Below, in pieces: positions 37,946-47,495 of a stretch of DNA of 64,000 nt. The stretch is from an uncultured Clostridia bacterium (GTDB lineage: Bacteria > Bacillota > DTU014). The translations under genes were made by a program, and so were the position numbers. Under the pieces are notes generated by a model. That model searched no databases. It had not been told where the DNA came from and worked only from the letters and a program-made list of their open reading frames with translations. The stretch is taken from contig FIZI01000016.1 of NCBI GenBank assembly GCA_900016865.1, positions 45,304 through 109,303 on the forward strand, read 5' to 3'. The stretch's first letter is position 1. Each line of letters opens with the position of its first letter.

Positions 37946-38740
37946 GTGATAAGGCTGTGGGATGGAGAGATCCCGGGATACGACCCTAATCTTTCAGACC
38001 AGGTCCCGGGACTGAGACCCTTCATTATTGATTCGGGAGAGATGCGTGGAGCCGTCATTGTATGTCCAGGCGGAGGCTATCAAGTCTTGGCTGAGCACGA
38101 GGGCGAACCCATTGCCAGGTGGCTCAATAGCGTTGGTGTGCATGCATTCGTCCTCAACTACAGAGTCGCTCCTTACAGGCATCCTTACCCGCTGATTGAT
38201 GCACAAAGAGCGATTCGATACGTTAGATACCACGCGAGTGGATGGAATATTGATCCTGACCGTATCGGCATTCTGGGCTTCTCGGCAGGCGGCCATCTCG
38301 TATCGACTGCAGGTACCCACTGGGACAGAGGCCTCGACTCTAGTGACTCCATAGATGCAGTGTCATGCAGGCCCGATGCTATGATCCTGTGCTATCCGGT
38401 TATCAGCTTCGGCGAGTTCGGTCACATAGGCTCTATGCACAACCTGCTTGGCCCATCACCAGATCAGGCGCTCATAAGCCTGCTGTCCAACGAGACTCAG
38501 GTTGCGGAAGACACTCCACCAGCGTTCTTGTGGCACACTGCTGACGATGAGGCTGTCAGTGTTGAAAACAGTCTTGCGTTTGCCGCTGCTCTCTCGAGAA
38601 ATCGAGTGCCCTTTGAGCTGCACGTGTTTGAAACAGGGCGGCATGGGCTAGGTCTCGCTCCTGACAACCCTGACGTAGCAGTCTGGACAGATCTGTGCGC
38701 AGACTGGCTTAGGCGGCTGGGGTTTTGTGGTTCCAAGTGA
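37946..38740 (+). CDS. Alpha/beta-hydrolase fold esterase (acetyl-esterase/lipase HSL-like)
   Basis: The oxyanion motif CPGGGY (HGGG type), the nucleophile elbow GFSAGGH and a downstream His. 264 aa. Confidence 0.8.
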   Translation: MIRLWDGEIPGYDPNLSDQVPGLRPFIIDSGEMRGAVIVCPGGGYQVLAEHEGEPIARWLNSVGVHAFVLNYRVAPYRHPYPLIDAQRAIRYVRYHASGWNIDPDRIGILGFSAGGHLVSTAGTHWDRGLDSSDSIDAVSCRPDAMILCYPVISFGEFGHIGSMHNLLGPSPDQALISLLSNETQVAEDTPPAFLWHTADDEAVSVENSLAFAAALSRNRVPFELHVFETGRHGLGLAPDNPDVAVWTDLCADWLRRLGFCGSK

Positions 38741-38859
38741 TGTAGCAGCGTAGAAACTGTGTAGCAAACGAGGTCGGTGAGGATGGGTAGGCAGGCTGGC
38801 GCGTTTGTCGGCCCGCCCGCTTTACCAGCCTCATCTCTTGAAAGCAGAAGTGAGCACTG

Positions 38860-39075
38860 TCAATCCTTCTCTGGATCTTCGATGAAGTCGAACAGTTCCT
38901 CGATCGATGCGTCCAGGGCCTTGGCAATGCGATAGGCGAGCGCGAGTGAGGGGTTGTACCTGCCGCCCTCAAGGTAGATTATGGTCTCCCTCCTCACGCC
39001 CACGATATCTGCTAGTTGCTTCTGGGTCAGGCCCTTCTTTGCCCTGTACTCACGCATTCGCGTTACCAGCTTCAT
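38860..39075 (-). CDS. XRE-family HTH transcriptional regulator (small, 71 aa)
   Basis: HTH_3 pattern [39 protein letters not shown]. Together with the upstream small membrane protein it forms a two-gene unit with a 4-nt overlap. Confidence 0.8.
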   Translation of the reverse strand: MKLVTRMREYRAKKGLTQKQLADIVGVRRETIIYLEGGRYNPSLALAYRIAKALDASIEELFDFIEDPEKD

Positions 39076-39407
39076 CTTTGCCCACCGCCTCGCTCGTAGA
39101 TCGTAAGGCTGATCACGAACACGACGATCTGAAGGGCAAAGCTGATCGGAAATCCGTAGGCATATGCGCGCTCAAACGAGGAGAAGGCTGCCCAGACGAC
39201 TGATGCGCCGTATACGAGTAAACCAGTGAAAAAGGCGTTAGTTGCAGCTTTCTCCAGGTTTGCAACAAACAACTCATCTGCGACAACATTGGCATACCGG
39301 AAGAACGCAAAAAAGCCGAAGAAGCCCCAGAAACCTGGGTTGTCTACCACAAACCCTAAGATGCCAAGCAGTCCGAGAAACCCGAGAAGCCATACTTTGT
39401 TCTTCAT
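39072..39407 (-). CDS. Small integral membrane protein co-transcribed with XRE regulator
   Basis: 111 aa with three predicted TM helices; it overlaps the start of the XRE gene. Confidence 0.55.
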   Translation of the reverse strand: MKNKVWLLGFLGLLGILGFVVDNPGFWGFFGFFAFFRYANVVADELFVANLEKAATNAFFTGLLVYGASVVWAAFSSFERAYAYGFPISFALQIVVFVISLTIYERGGGQR

Positions 39408-39627
39408 ATGAGCCCCTCCTGTTAAGTATTTATAACTTTATGTGACAAATATATCACATGGCGCTTAGTAGATCAATAGTCTCTCGTCTGCCTATCTCAA
39501 GTTGCAGAACGGCCTGCGTTTGACAGCTTGGGGCGGCGCACAGTACAATTGCTGTAGACGCTTAGCCGGGTTTGTACGCTATAGCCCTGTCGGCTATGTT
39601 CAGGAGACTTCTATAGGAGTTGTCTAG

Positions 39628-39996
39628 ATGGCGAGACCACCGAAGACTCGGAGGGTAGGGTTCATTCCAGACATAACTTACTTCAAGCCCGCAGGCGTGC
39701 CGATGAGGCAGCTCGACGAGGTTGTACTCACTGTAGAGGAGCTTGAGGCGATCAGGCTAAAGGACCTTGAGGATCTCGAGCAGGCAGACGCTGCAGAGTT
39801 GATGCAGGTCTCCAGGCCGACATTCCGGAGGATTCTTGTTTCTGCCCGCGCCAAGATTGCCGATGCTCTTACCAGTGGCAAGGCTATCCGGATTGAAGGC
39901 GGAGTGTATAAACTCAGCGAGGAAGCTGCTCGGAGATGCGAGGCACCCGGCCGCGGTATGCGCCGACGACACAGGCACGGCATGCCACCCTATTGA
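39628..39996 (+). CDS. DUF134 (UPF0251) family predicted DNA-binding protein
   Basis: The N-terminal [16 protein letters not shown]... and sigma-70 region-4-like HTH ([15 protein letters not shown]) match the DUF134 family seen in Clostridia/Archaea, as recalled from memory. Confidence 0.55.
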   Translation: MARPPKTRRVGFIPDITYFKPAGVPMRQLDEVVLTVEELEAIRLKDLEDLEQADAAELMQVSRPTFRRILVSARAKIADALTSGKAIRIEGGVYKLSEEAARRCEAPGRGMRRRHRHGMPPY

Positions 39997-40054
39997 AGGG
40001 TAGGGCCCTGAGACCGATTGGCGTCCGGCTGCGCATCGGGTGCCTGTTGTCTGC

Positions 40055-41752
40055 TTACATCAAGTCGGCAAGCTCGTCTTCTACAAATCTCATCAGTTCG
40101 CCAATCGTTTGCTCTGAAAAATCAAACCTGATGCCTGCCGTTGCATACACCTTCGACAGAGGTGCAGAACTGCCCAGAGCCAAAGCTCGCTTGTAGCCTT
40201 CAACTGCGTTCGCCTTGTCATTCTTGTAGTTCTTGTACAGCTGCAGCGCGCCTATCTGTGCGATCGCGTACTCGATGTAGTAGAAAGGATATGCGAAGAT
40301 GTGCAGCTGGGCTTTCCATCTGTGCATCAGCTCTTCCTCGTATCCGGACCAGTCGACGGGGTGATATGCCAAGGACCGAGCTATGTTTGCAAATTTTTGG
40401 TTGCGTGCATCTGCGTCGGCGGATGAGTTCAGATAGATCCAGTGCTGAAAGCTGTCTACGGTAAGCGCCCATGGCAAGAACTCAATGATTCCTTCAAGTT
40501 GCTCTCTCTGTGCACGCTTCAGGTCGTCAGGATCAGGGTAGAACTCATCCCAAGCAGGCATTGTGAACAGCTCCATGGACATGCTCGCCAGCTCGGCCGA
40601 CTCTGCAGGCACTGATCTGTAGTCGGACGGCTGAAGCGGACTGGTCATTAGGTTGTGCACCGCGTGCCCGGTTTCGTGTAGGATTGTTCTGACACTGTCC
40701 TGTGACTTGGAGCCGTTCATGAAGATGAAGGACGTCTCAGAAACTGGCAGCCTTGAACAGAACCCACCGGGCCTCTTGCCTTTTCGGGTCTCAAGGTCCA
40801 GGCAGCCCCGATCGGACATGTCCTGTAGCAGCTTCCCGAATTGGGGATCGACTCGATTGAGCACTCTCACGGACTTGCTCACCAGTTGATCAAAGGTCTC
40901 AAACGGCCTGAGCGCGCCTTGCCCACTCGGAGTGCCTTTCATGTCCCAAGGCCTGTAAGATTCGACCTGGAGACGCCTCTTGTGCTCTCTTGCAATCTTG
41001 TCGTACAGCGGTACTGCGTGCTTTTCGACTGCGTCACAGAAACGATAGCAATCATCGGGAGTGTACTCAAACCTATTGAGTCTCTTGAACATGTAGTCGC
41101 GGTAGTTTTCAAAACCCGCATTCAGCGCGATCTTATGTCGCAAGCTTACGAGTTGGTCCATTATCCTATCGAGTGCGTCTTTATCCTGGAGCCTGCGGCT
41201 TTGGATGAGTTTCCAGGCACGCTCTCGTTCGTTGCGGTCCGAACTTCGAAGGTATTGGTTCATCTGTTGTAGCGTCTTTTCTTCACCGTTCCAGAGAACC
41301 GTCATTTTGCCCTGCATGATGAAGTACTCATTGACCAGGCCTCTAGTCTCGGTCTCTATAGGGATGTTCTCGTCTCTATGGGTCTCGATCGCCGTCACAG
41401 TGCGCTTCACCAGCTCAGAGTAGAAATCCGATAAGCTGTCCCTGTAGGGGCTGTTGTAAAGGCGTTCTTTAAGTTTCGCACTGTACTTCGTAGCTAGCGG
41501 GATGAGTTGCTTTTGGTCGAACTCACGACGTTTCTTGGCTTCCTCGTCTTCGGTATCGCATGAGAAAGCGATGTTGTTGCGGCTTACCCATTCGGCCATG
41601 GCGTCCGAGAATCTACCGCACTCAATCAGCCAAGTGACGAGAGCGTCCACACTGTCGATTTCGTAGCTCATGAGGTAGTCCAGGTGTTTTTCAACTCGGT
41701 CTAAGTCGTCAAAGGAGATGCTGACTGGGTCCTTGAGGTTCACAGGCTTCAC
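40055..41752 (-). CDS. pepF: Oligoendopeptidase F (M3B metallopeptidase)
   Basis: Zinc motif HETGHAVH (HEXXH) with a downstream E, and 565 aa, typical of PepF. Confidence 0.9.
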   Translation of the reverse strand: MKPVNLKDPVSISFDDLDRVEKHLDYLMSYEIDSVDALVTWLIECGRFSDAMAEWVSRNNIAFSCDTEDEEAKKRREFDQKQLIPLATKYSAKLKERLYNSPYRDSLSDFYSELVKRTVTAIETHRDENIPIETETRGLVNEYFIMQGKMTVLWNGEEKTLQQMNQYLRSSDRNERERAWKLIQSRRLQDKDALDRIMDQLVSLRHKIALNAGFENYRDYMFKRLNRFEYTPDDCYRFCDAVEKHAVPLYDKIAREHKRRLQVESYRPWDMKGTPSGQGALRPFETFDQLVSKSVRVLNRVDPQFGKLLQDMSDRGCLDLETRKGKRPGGFCSRLPVSETSFIFMNGSKSQDSVRTILHETGHAVHNLMTSPLQPSDYRSVPAESAELASMSMELFTMPAWDEFYPDPDDLKRAQREQLEGIIEFLPWALTVDSFQHWIYLNSSADADARNQKFANIARSLAYHPVDWSGYEEELMHRWKAQLHIFAYPFYYIEYAIAQIGALQLYKNYKNDKANAVEGYKRALALGSSAPLSKVYATAGIRFDFSEQTIGELMRFVEDELADLM

Positions 41753-41968
41753 CTTGCCTTCCTTCGGTCGGTAAGTATTAGGAATACGACTGGTGACATT
41801 CAGAGTCTACGACGTGTAGGTGCAAAAACCCTCTGTCAAGGGCCATGCCTGTATGGGCATTAACACCTTTGTTTGGTATATCATAGGATAGTGGACTAGC
41901 CCAATGCGTTTTGTTACAGTGAACATGAGGGGCGGAGCAAGTGCTATCTCTGGCGTGTTTGGGGGTGG

Positions 41969-42610
41969 ATGTCTGTGGATGCGGTAAGAATGGTGCAGGA
42001 GCAGCTTGTGCCTCGCGGCATAACAGACCTCAGGGTCCTGACAGCAATGGCTGCAGTGAAGAGAGAACGCTTTGTGCCAAAGGAACTGCAGTCCGATTCC
42101 TACTACGACGGCCCGTTGCCCATTGGGCATGGCCAGACCATATCTCAGCCGTACATAGTAGCGCTCATGACTCAGCTCTTGGAGACCGAACCCAATCAGA
42201 CAGTCCTTGAGATCGGCACCGGTTCTGGATATCAGGCTGCTGTGCTGTCCCTCCTGGTGAAGCACGTGTACACAGTAGAAATCGTCCAGGAGCTGGCTGA
42301 CAGAGCACGCTCAGTCCTGGAACAGGAGGGCTACAGGAACGTTTCCGTTTATTGCGGTGACGGTTCGTATGGGCTGCCCGAACACGCTCCGTACGACAGA
42401 ATAATCGTCACTGCGGCTGCCGCAAAGGTACCTCGCCCTCTTGAACTGCAGCTTCGTGATGAGGGCACTATGGTAATCCCCATCGGTCCGATGCATGGAT
42501 TCCAGGTGCTTAGGCAGGTGAGAAAACGCGGCGACAAGCTTGAGTGGACTGACCACGACTATGTGCGCTTTGTCCCGTTCACCGGCAGCGCGTTCTCAGA
42601 ACCTGATTGA
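41969..42610 (+). CDS. pcm: Protein-L-isoaspartate O-methyltransferase
   Basis: SAM-binding motif VLEIGTGSGYQAA, the upstream GQTISQP and post-I regions typical of PIMT. 213 aa. Confidence 0.85.
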   Translation: MSVDAVRMVQEQLVPRGITDLRVLTAMAAVKRERFVPKELQSDSYYDGPLPIGHGQTISQPYIVALMTQLLETEPNQTVLEIGTGSGYQAAVLSLLVKHVYTVEIVQELADRARSVLEQEGYRNVSVYCGDGSYGLPEHAPYDRIIVTAAAAKVPRPLELQLRDEGTMVIPIGPMHGFQVLRQVRKRGDKLEWTDHDYVRFVPFTGSAFSEPD

Positions 42611-42766
42611 GCGCCTGCTCTTGCGAGTGTCCGGCCGAGAGCGTTTACGTTGAACGTGAATGCTTACCAGCCTTGCTGATTTTGCACTGATTTTGCCTTG
42701 AGCACATAGAATGAAATGCCCGCTCCACCCGATTTGCTATAGTTCGGGCGTTCACTACTCTGACTA

Positions 42767-43189
42767 GTGCTGAGCAGGAAGGTGAAGTCAGTGACCATTG
42801 ACGAGGCTGTACGCAAGTATGTAGGAATACCCTACAAGCACAACGGCCGCGATCTAGACGGGCTTGATTGCCTCGGACTGATATGGAGGTTTTACAAGGA
42901 TGTCGGAATAGACGTACCTGACTCTGATGGAAAACCGATAGCTGTAGACTGGTACAGGGATGACCCTGATCGCTATATCCGAGGATTGCTAAAGGTAGGC
43001 AAGCCGGTCGAAGGTCCGCCCAAGCCTCTCGACCTTGTCTATTTTCAGCTAGACGGAATCGTCCGCCACGCGGGGATAGTAGTGTCACCGGGTGTGTTTA
43101 TTCATGTCAGAGAGAACCGTCCAGTGATGCTGAGCCGGCTTAGCGGGCCTTGGCGCCGCGCATATGTCGGGGCGAGGCGGTTTGTCTGA
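42767..43189 (+). CDS. NlpC/P60 (C40) family cysteine peptidase, small single-domain
   Basis: The catalytic Cys context DGLDCLGLIWRFY with a downstream His (RHAGIVV). 140 aa. Confidence 0.6.
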   Translation: MLSRKVKSVTIDEAVRKYVGIPYKHNGRDLDGLDCLGLIWRFYKDVGIDVPDSDGKPIAVDWYRDDPDRYIRGLLKVGKPVEGPPKPLDLVYFQLDGIVRHAGIVVSPGVFIHVRENRPVMLSRLSGPWRRAYVGARRFV

Positions 43190-43430
43190 TTAGGGGAAGT
43201 CTCTTTGGTTATAGGCACGGTGATGTCCAGTGCAATTTGGACACTTCATACTAGCAATTCTTGTTGACGCATTCACAGTCTATGGTATAATGAAAGCGAT
43301 GTCTCGATACCCAGGGTCGCCAGGGAAGCACTTGAAGCTAGCATCTGGCCTCATTGCCTCCTTATTGTAGCCCTGTGGTGGACGGCACAATTCCGGTCCG
43401 TTAGGGCTGCAAGGTTCAGGAGGTTCATTA

Positions 43431-43727
43431 ATGTACGAAGACAAGGTATTGGTCTGTAAGGAGTGCGGCGAGGAGTTTGTCTTTACCGCCGGCGAGCAGG
43501 AGTTCTACGCAGAAAAGGGGTTTGAGAACGAGCCGGGGCGTTGCCCAGCGTGCAGAGCTGCACGTAAGCAGCGTAGAGGTGCTGAGATGGGCGAGAGGCA
43601 GATGTACGACGCCGTGTGTGCAGATTGCGGAGCGGAGTGTCAGGTACCGTTCAGACCGAGCGGAGACAGGCCGGTCTACTGTAGGGAGTGTTTCCAGGCG
43701 AGAAGGGCAAATGCTATCAACTGGTAA
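43431..43727 (+). CDS. Tandem zinc-ribbon protein (two CxxC...CxxC modules)
   Basis: VCKECGEEFVFTAGEQEFYAEKGF...RCPACR and VCADCGAECQVPF...YCRECF make two probable zinc ribbons. RBS present. 98 aa. Confidence 0.6.
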   Translation: MYEDKVLVCKECGEEFVFTAGEQEFYAEKGFENEPGRCPACRAARKQRRGAEMGERQMYDAVCADCGAECQVPFRPSGDRPVYCRECFQARRANAINW

Positions 43728-43950
43728 TTGATAGCACAAGATGTTGAACGCTACAGCGGGGCGACAGGTTCAGTCGCCTCGCTTTTTCGTACTGGCGGTG
43801 TTTTGCGCATCATTACAGAGCATCTGGACACCTGTGCCCTTCTTGCAGACAATCTAGAGCTGAGTTATATGCAGTGAGCCACAGGTCTTGGAGGATAACA
43901 GCCTGTCCTGTAGAAGAAAACTTAGGTAGTAACTGGAGGTCTGCCTAGGC

Positions 43951-44988
43951 ATGGGAAGAGGCTTTGCCAAACTCCTCAAAAAAGCTCGGCGCAATCGCAT
44001 AACCATCATTGCTGTGAACTCATCAGGCGGATCTACACGCAGCGTGACACTGCCTGTGTTGGCTGCTGCTGTTGTTATTCTGGTGAGTGTGGGACTCTTC
44101 GCGTCTATGATTGGATCCTACGCGGTTATGCGGTCGTCGCTGATCCAGTCGACTGCTTCGCATGAGATCAAAGATACCAGGATTGAGCGCTTAGTGTCTG
44201 AGAACACCGAGCTCAGAATGATCGTAAGCGCTCAGCAGCTGCAGCTCGAGTTCCAGGAAGATCAGATCCACGCCATGGCGCAGAAGGTGCAGTCTATAAC
44301 GGATCTTGGCCAAGAGATCATCGATACTCTCGGAAGTGAGATCGAACTGCCGTCCAACGTTGAGCTTACGATCGAGGGGCTGTCGTCAGGGTTTCGCAGT
44401 GACGCAGTGGTGTCTATTATGGGAGCAGGCGGAGTTGATCGGGCTGCGCCGCCTCGTTTACTAGCCGACACACTTAGGACGTTCAAGGTCTCAAGTGTGA
44501 CGAGTTCAATTATTGCAGCACTGGATGAGAAGCTCGCCAGTGATCTGGAGGTTTTTAAGTCACTGAGAGACGAGTCAGTCAGTTATGTCCATAGACTGCG
44601 CCACACTCCCATGGGGTGGCCGGTAGTTGGGCCGGTCTCCTCTCGCTATGGCTGGAGGGCGCATCCTGTCTACAAAGACACCCGATTTCACAACGGGATA
44701 GACATAGCCGTATCAGTTGGAACTCCTGTGAAAGCAACTGCAGATGGGGTAGTGATATTGTCAGGCACAAGCGGAGGGTACGGATTGACCGTCATCATTG
44801 ACCACGGGTACGGAGTGCAGACTCTCTATGCGCACAACTCCAGGCTGCTCGTTAAGGCCGGTGAAGTGGTGACAAGAGGGCAAGTGATATCCTACTCCGG
44901 GAACACAGGCGTCTCAACTGGGCCTCATCTTCACTATGAGGTCAGGGTTGGCGGCAAGGCCGTTGATCCTTCGATTTATATGGACTAA
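43951..44988 (+). CDS. M23-family metallopeptidase (LytM-like) with N-terminal TM anchor and coiled coil
   Basis: HNGIDIAV ... GNTGVSTGPHLHYEV (the HxxxD and HxH motifs of M23), an N-terminal TM and a central coiled-coil region. Confidence 0.85.
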   Translation: MGRGFAKLLKKARRNRITIIAVNSSGGSTRSVTLPVLAAAVVILVSVGLFASMIGSYAVMRSSLIQSTASHEIKDTRIERLVSENTELRMIVSAQQLQLEFQEDQIHAMAQKVQSITDLGQEIIDTLGSEIELPSNVELTIEGLSSGFRSDAVVSIMGAGGVDRAAPPRLLADTLRTFKVSSVTSSIIAALDEKLASDLEVFKSLRDESVSYVHRLRHTPMGWPVVGPVSSRYGWRAHPVYKDTRFHNGIDIAVSVGTPVKATADGVVILSGTSGGYGLTVIIDHGYGVQTLYAHNSRLLVKAGEVVTRGQVISYSGNTGVSTGPHLHYEVRVGGKAVDPSIYMD

Positions 44989-45081
44989 ATGCTCACTCTG
45001 AAGTCTGCCTTGTCAGCGCCTATGATAGAAGTGGACCGTTATGGTGAGCGTGAAGCTCCAGCTGTGTTGGGAGGGTAAGCC

Positions 45082-45519
45082 ATGTTTGGTAGAAAGGCCT
45101 TGTCCGGCCATCAGAACCGTCGTATCACTACTATAATCGGCGATGATACACAGATTAGTGGTTCTATAACCTCCTCCGGAGTAGTGCGTATCGACGGGCG
45201 GTTTGAAGGAGACATACATACAGAGACCGACGTCGTTGTAGGAGAGAGAGGTTATCTAAAGGCAAGAGTGGAAGCAGCAGGGATGTCTGTGGCTGGCGAA
45301 GTGCATGGTGACCTGCACCTAAGCGGCAGACTCGAGATACTGGCTACAGGCAAGGTCTTTGGAGAAATACGCGTTTCTGCACTGGCAATCGAAGAAGGAG
45401 GAGTGTTTAAGGGCAAGTGCGACATGGGCAAACCCGACGGCGAGAATGATGAGCCAGTCTATCGCCAAATCGAAGTTGGCACTGACGACCAGGTAACGCT
45501 CAACGACACTGCCGAGTAG
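45082..45519 (+). CDS. Bactofilin (DUF583) cytoskeletal protein
   Basis: A right-handed beta-helix repeat pattern ISGSITSSGVVRIDGRFEGDIHTETDVVVGERGYLKARVEAAGMSVAGEVHGDLHLSGRLEI typical of bactofilins. 145 aa, immediately downstream of the M23 peptidase. Confidence 0.8.
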   Translation: MFGRKALSGHQNRRITTIIGDDTQISGSITSSGVVRIDGRFEGDIHTETDVVVGERGYLKARVEAAGMSVAGEVHGDLHLSGRLEILATGKVFGEIRVSALAIEEGGVFKGKCDMGKPDGENDEPVYRQIEVGTDDQVTLNDTAE

Positions 45520-45666
45520 AGGTGCCCGTTTGTACCCGTAGACACTCCCGAACCACAACGGCGCCGTGTCCCGGTTGACATCAGAGTGGGTATGTGGTAT
45601 TCTTACTCTTGCCGATCAAGCACATTGATTTAGTCGCTTGTTTGGTGCTTGGTAGATCGTGTTTTT

Positions 45667-45742
45667 GGCCCTGTAGCTCAGGGGATAGAGCAGCGGTTTC
45701 CTAAACCGCGTGTCGGGCGTTCGAGTCGCTCCAGGGCCGCCA
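45667..45742 (+). tRNA. tRNA-Arg (anticodon CCT)
   Basis: Acceptor ggccctg/cagggcc, D arm gctc-aggggata-gagc, anticodon stem gcggt/accgc with loop uuCCUaa, T-loop ttcgagt and CCA. Confidence 0.8.
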
Positions 45743-45951
45743 CAATCATGACAACAGCGAGAATAGAGAGTATGATAGAGCACCCCGGAAACAAACGTGC
45801 GTGGTTTCCGGGGTTTTTCTTTGTCTTGGAGGTTCTTCGCCTCGCTGTCAGCTCGCTTTGGCTGCAAAATCACTCGGTGCGGGTGATTGAGATAAGTGGC
45901 ACATGTACCCTAAAATATGGATGGAGGGTTTCGTATCTAGGGGGGAGGATC

Positions 45952-46188
45952 ATGGCAGGGTTCTGGGACAGCGAGTCGATCCTCGCTGATATCGCCAAGG
46001 GACGCGAGAGGATTCGCGTTCGAGAGGTGAGGCGGCGCAATGCCACGATGATCGACATTAGGGTGTTTTGGCAGGATAGGAACAACCAATGGCAGCCTAG
46101 CAAGCGGGGGCTGTCGATACCGCTCGAGAGCGTAGGTGCGCTGGCAGACGTCCTTGGGAAAGTGTCTGCGAACGCACCTGCGAGCTAG
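45952..46188 (+). CDS. Small PC4/YdbC-like (transcriptional coactivator p15-like) ssDNA-binding protein
   Basis: A 78-aa product with RERIRVREVRRRNATMIDIRVFWQD...KRGLSIPLESVGALADVL, resembling bacterial PC4-like YdbC proteins as recalled from memory. The long ORF at 45649 that runs through the tRNA is rejected. Confidence 0.45.
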   Translation: MAGFWDSESILADIAKGRERIRVREVRRRNATMIDIRVFWQDRNNQWQPSKRGLSIPLESVGALADVLGKVSANAPAS

Positions 46189-46203
46189 CTTTGACTATAG
46201 CTG

Positions 46204-47199
46204 TCATCCTCTGCCGAACTGGACGGCAGTGTACGCAATATAGGCGGCGAGGAAGACGATTCCTTGCCATCTGGTGAGTTTGCGGCCAATAGATGCGAAG
46301 AGGGTCAGGGCTGCAATCAGTGCGAGCATCACAGGGAAGTCGAGCAGTAGCGATGAACCTGCGATAGGCACTCGGTTTACTAATGAGGAAAATCCAAGCA
46401 CTGCAGTCATGTTTAGAAAGTTAGCACCAACGACGTTGCCTGCGGACAGGGATTGGTGACCTTTGGCCAGGGCAGTTATGGCAGTCGCCAGCTCAGGCAT
46501 TGAGGTTCCGATAGCCACGATCGTCAACCCTATGACTATCTCCGGGACTCCGAGCATCTCGGCGATTGTCGTAGCGGCAGACACAGTGAATCTGCTGCCT
46601 ATGGCTACTGCCAATGCGCCTGCTATGAATTGAAGCACTTGGCCGGGTGTAGTGGAGGGGAAGATATGCCCCGGCTTGTCACTAGATGAGCTAGGAGGGG
46701 CTGCATCCTGTGCTTCTTGTGCACTCGTATCCTGCTCATCGGTGACTGAGCGCTGCGACCTCACTAAGTATATGATGTACGCGGCCAGACCGGCGAGTAG
46801 TATCACGCCGTCGATCCTCTCCAGGTCTCCGTCGATCGAGAGCACTGTAGCTAGCACAGCAGCTGCGAGCATTATCAAGGCCCGTGTGCTAAACAGCTTG
46901 CCTTCTATCTCTAGAGGCCTGATCGCTATGCTCAGGCCGAGGATTACTGCGATGTTAAATATGCATGAGCCCACTGCATTGCCAAGAGCGACATCGGGGT
47001 AGCCGGTGAATGATGAAAAGGTGCTAACTGCCAGCTCTGGCAGAGTAGTACCCACACTGACGATGGTCGCACCAACTAAGACCTCGGGCATACCGGTCTT
47101 TTTGGCCATCCAAACTGCCGCTTCGACAAACCAGTCGGCACCTTTGATCACGAGGACGAGGCCTACGATAAACATCAAATAGGCCGTTGGATTACTCAT
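46204..47199 (-). CDS. Ca2+/Na+ antiporter (CaCA family, YrbG-like)
   Basis: Two alpha-repeat regions (GNAVGSCIFNIAVILG and GNVVGANFLNMTAVLG) with 10 or more predicted TM segments. 331 aa. Confidence 0.85.
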   Translation of the reverse strand: MSNPTAYLMFIVGLVLVIKGADWFVEAAVWMAKKTGMPEVLVGATIVSVGTTLPELAVSTFSSFTGYPDVALGNAVGSCIFNIAVILGLSIAIRPLEIEGKLFSTRALIMLAAAVLATVLSIDGDLERIDGVILLAGLAAYIIYLVRSQRSVTDEQDTSAQEAQDAAPPSSSSDKPGHIFPSTTPGQVLQFIAGALAVAIGSRFTVSAATTIAEMLGVPEIVIGLTIVAIGTSMPELATAITALAKGHQSLSAGNVVGANFLNMTAVLGFSSLVNRVPIAGSSLLLDFPVMLALIAALTLFASIGRKLTRWQGIVFLAAYIAYTAVQFGRG

Positions 47200-47495
47200 C
47201 GTGCATCTCTCCTATCGTTCTTGCCTTCTTGTAGTGCTCCAGAGCTGCAGAGTCTTCGCGGCAAGCAAAAAGACCTCTGCCAGCGGATGAGCAACTGGCA
47301 AAGGTCTCGCAGACCAAGAGCAGGTATCAGCTCCGAGCCCTCAAGGAGCCGTGATGACGGACACTGATGCAACCGTAGTTGCCTGCTACTCCCCTTTGCA
47401 AGATCAGGCGTTTCCAGGATAGGTTTTTCTCCATCGCCTGTGTCTACTCCTTCCGTACTCCTATGATTCCACCAACTAGTCTCGGTTTGCATCTC

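Noticed and set aside
45649-45951. 5' extension of ORF 45649-46188 through tRNA-Arg(CCT)
   Set aside because: This part of the reading frame contains the tRNA. The credible start is the downstream ATG at 45952 with an RBS.
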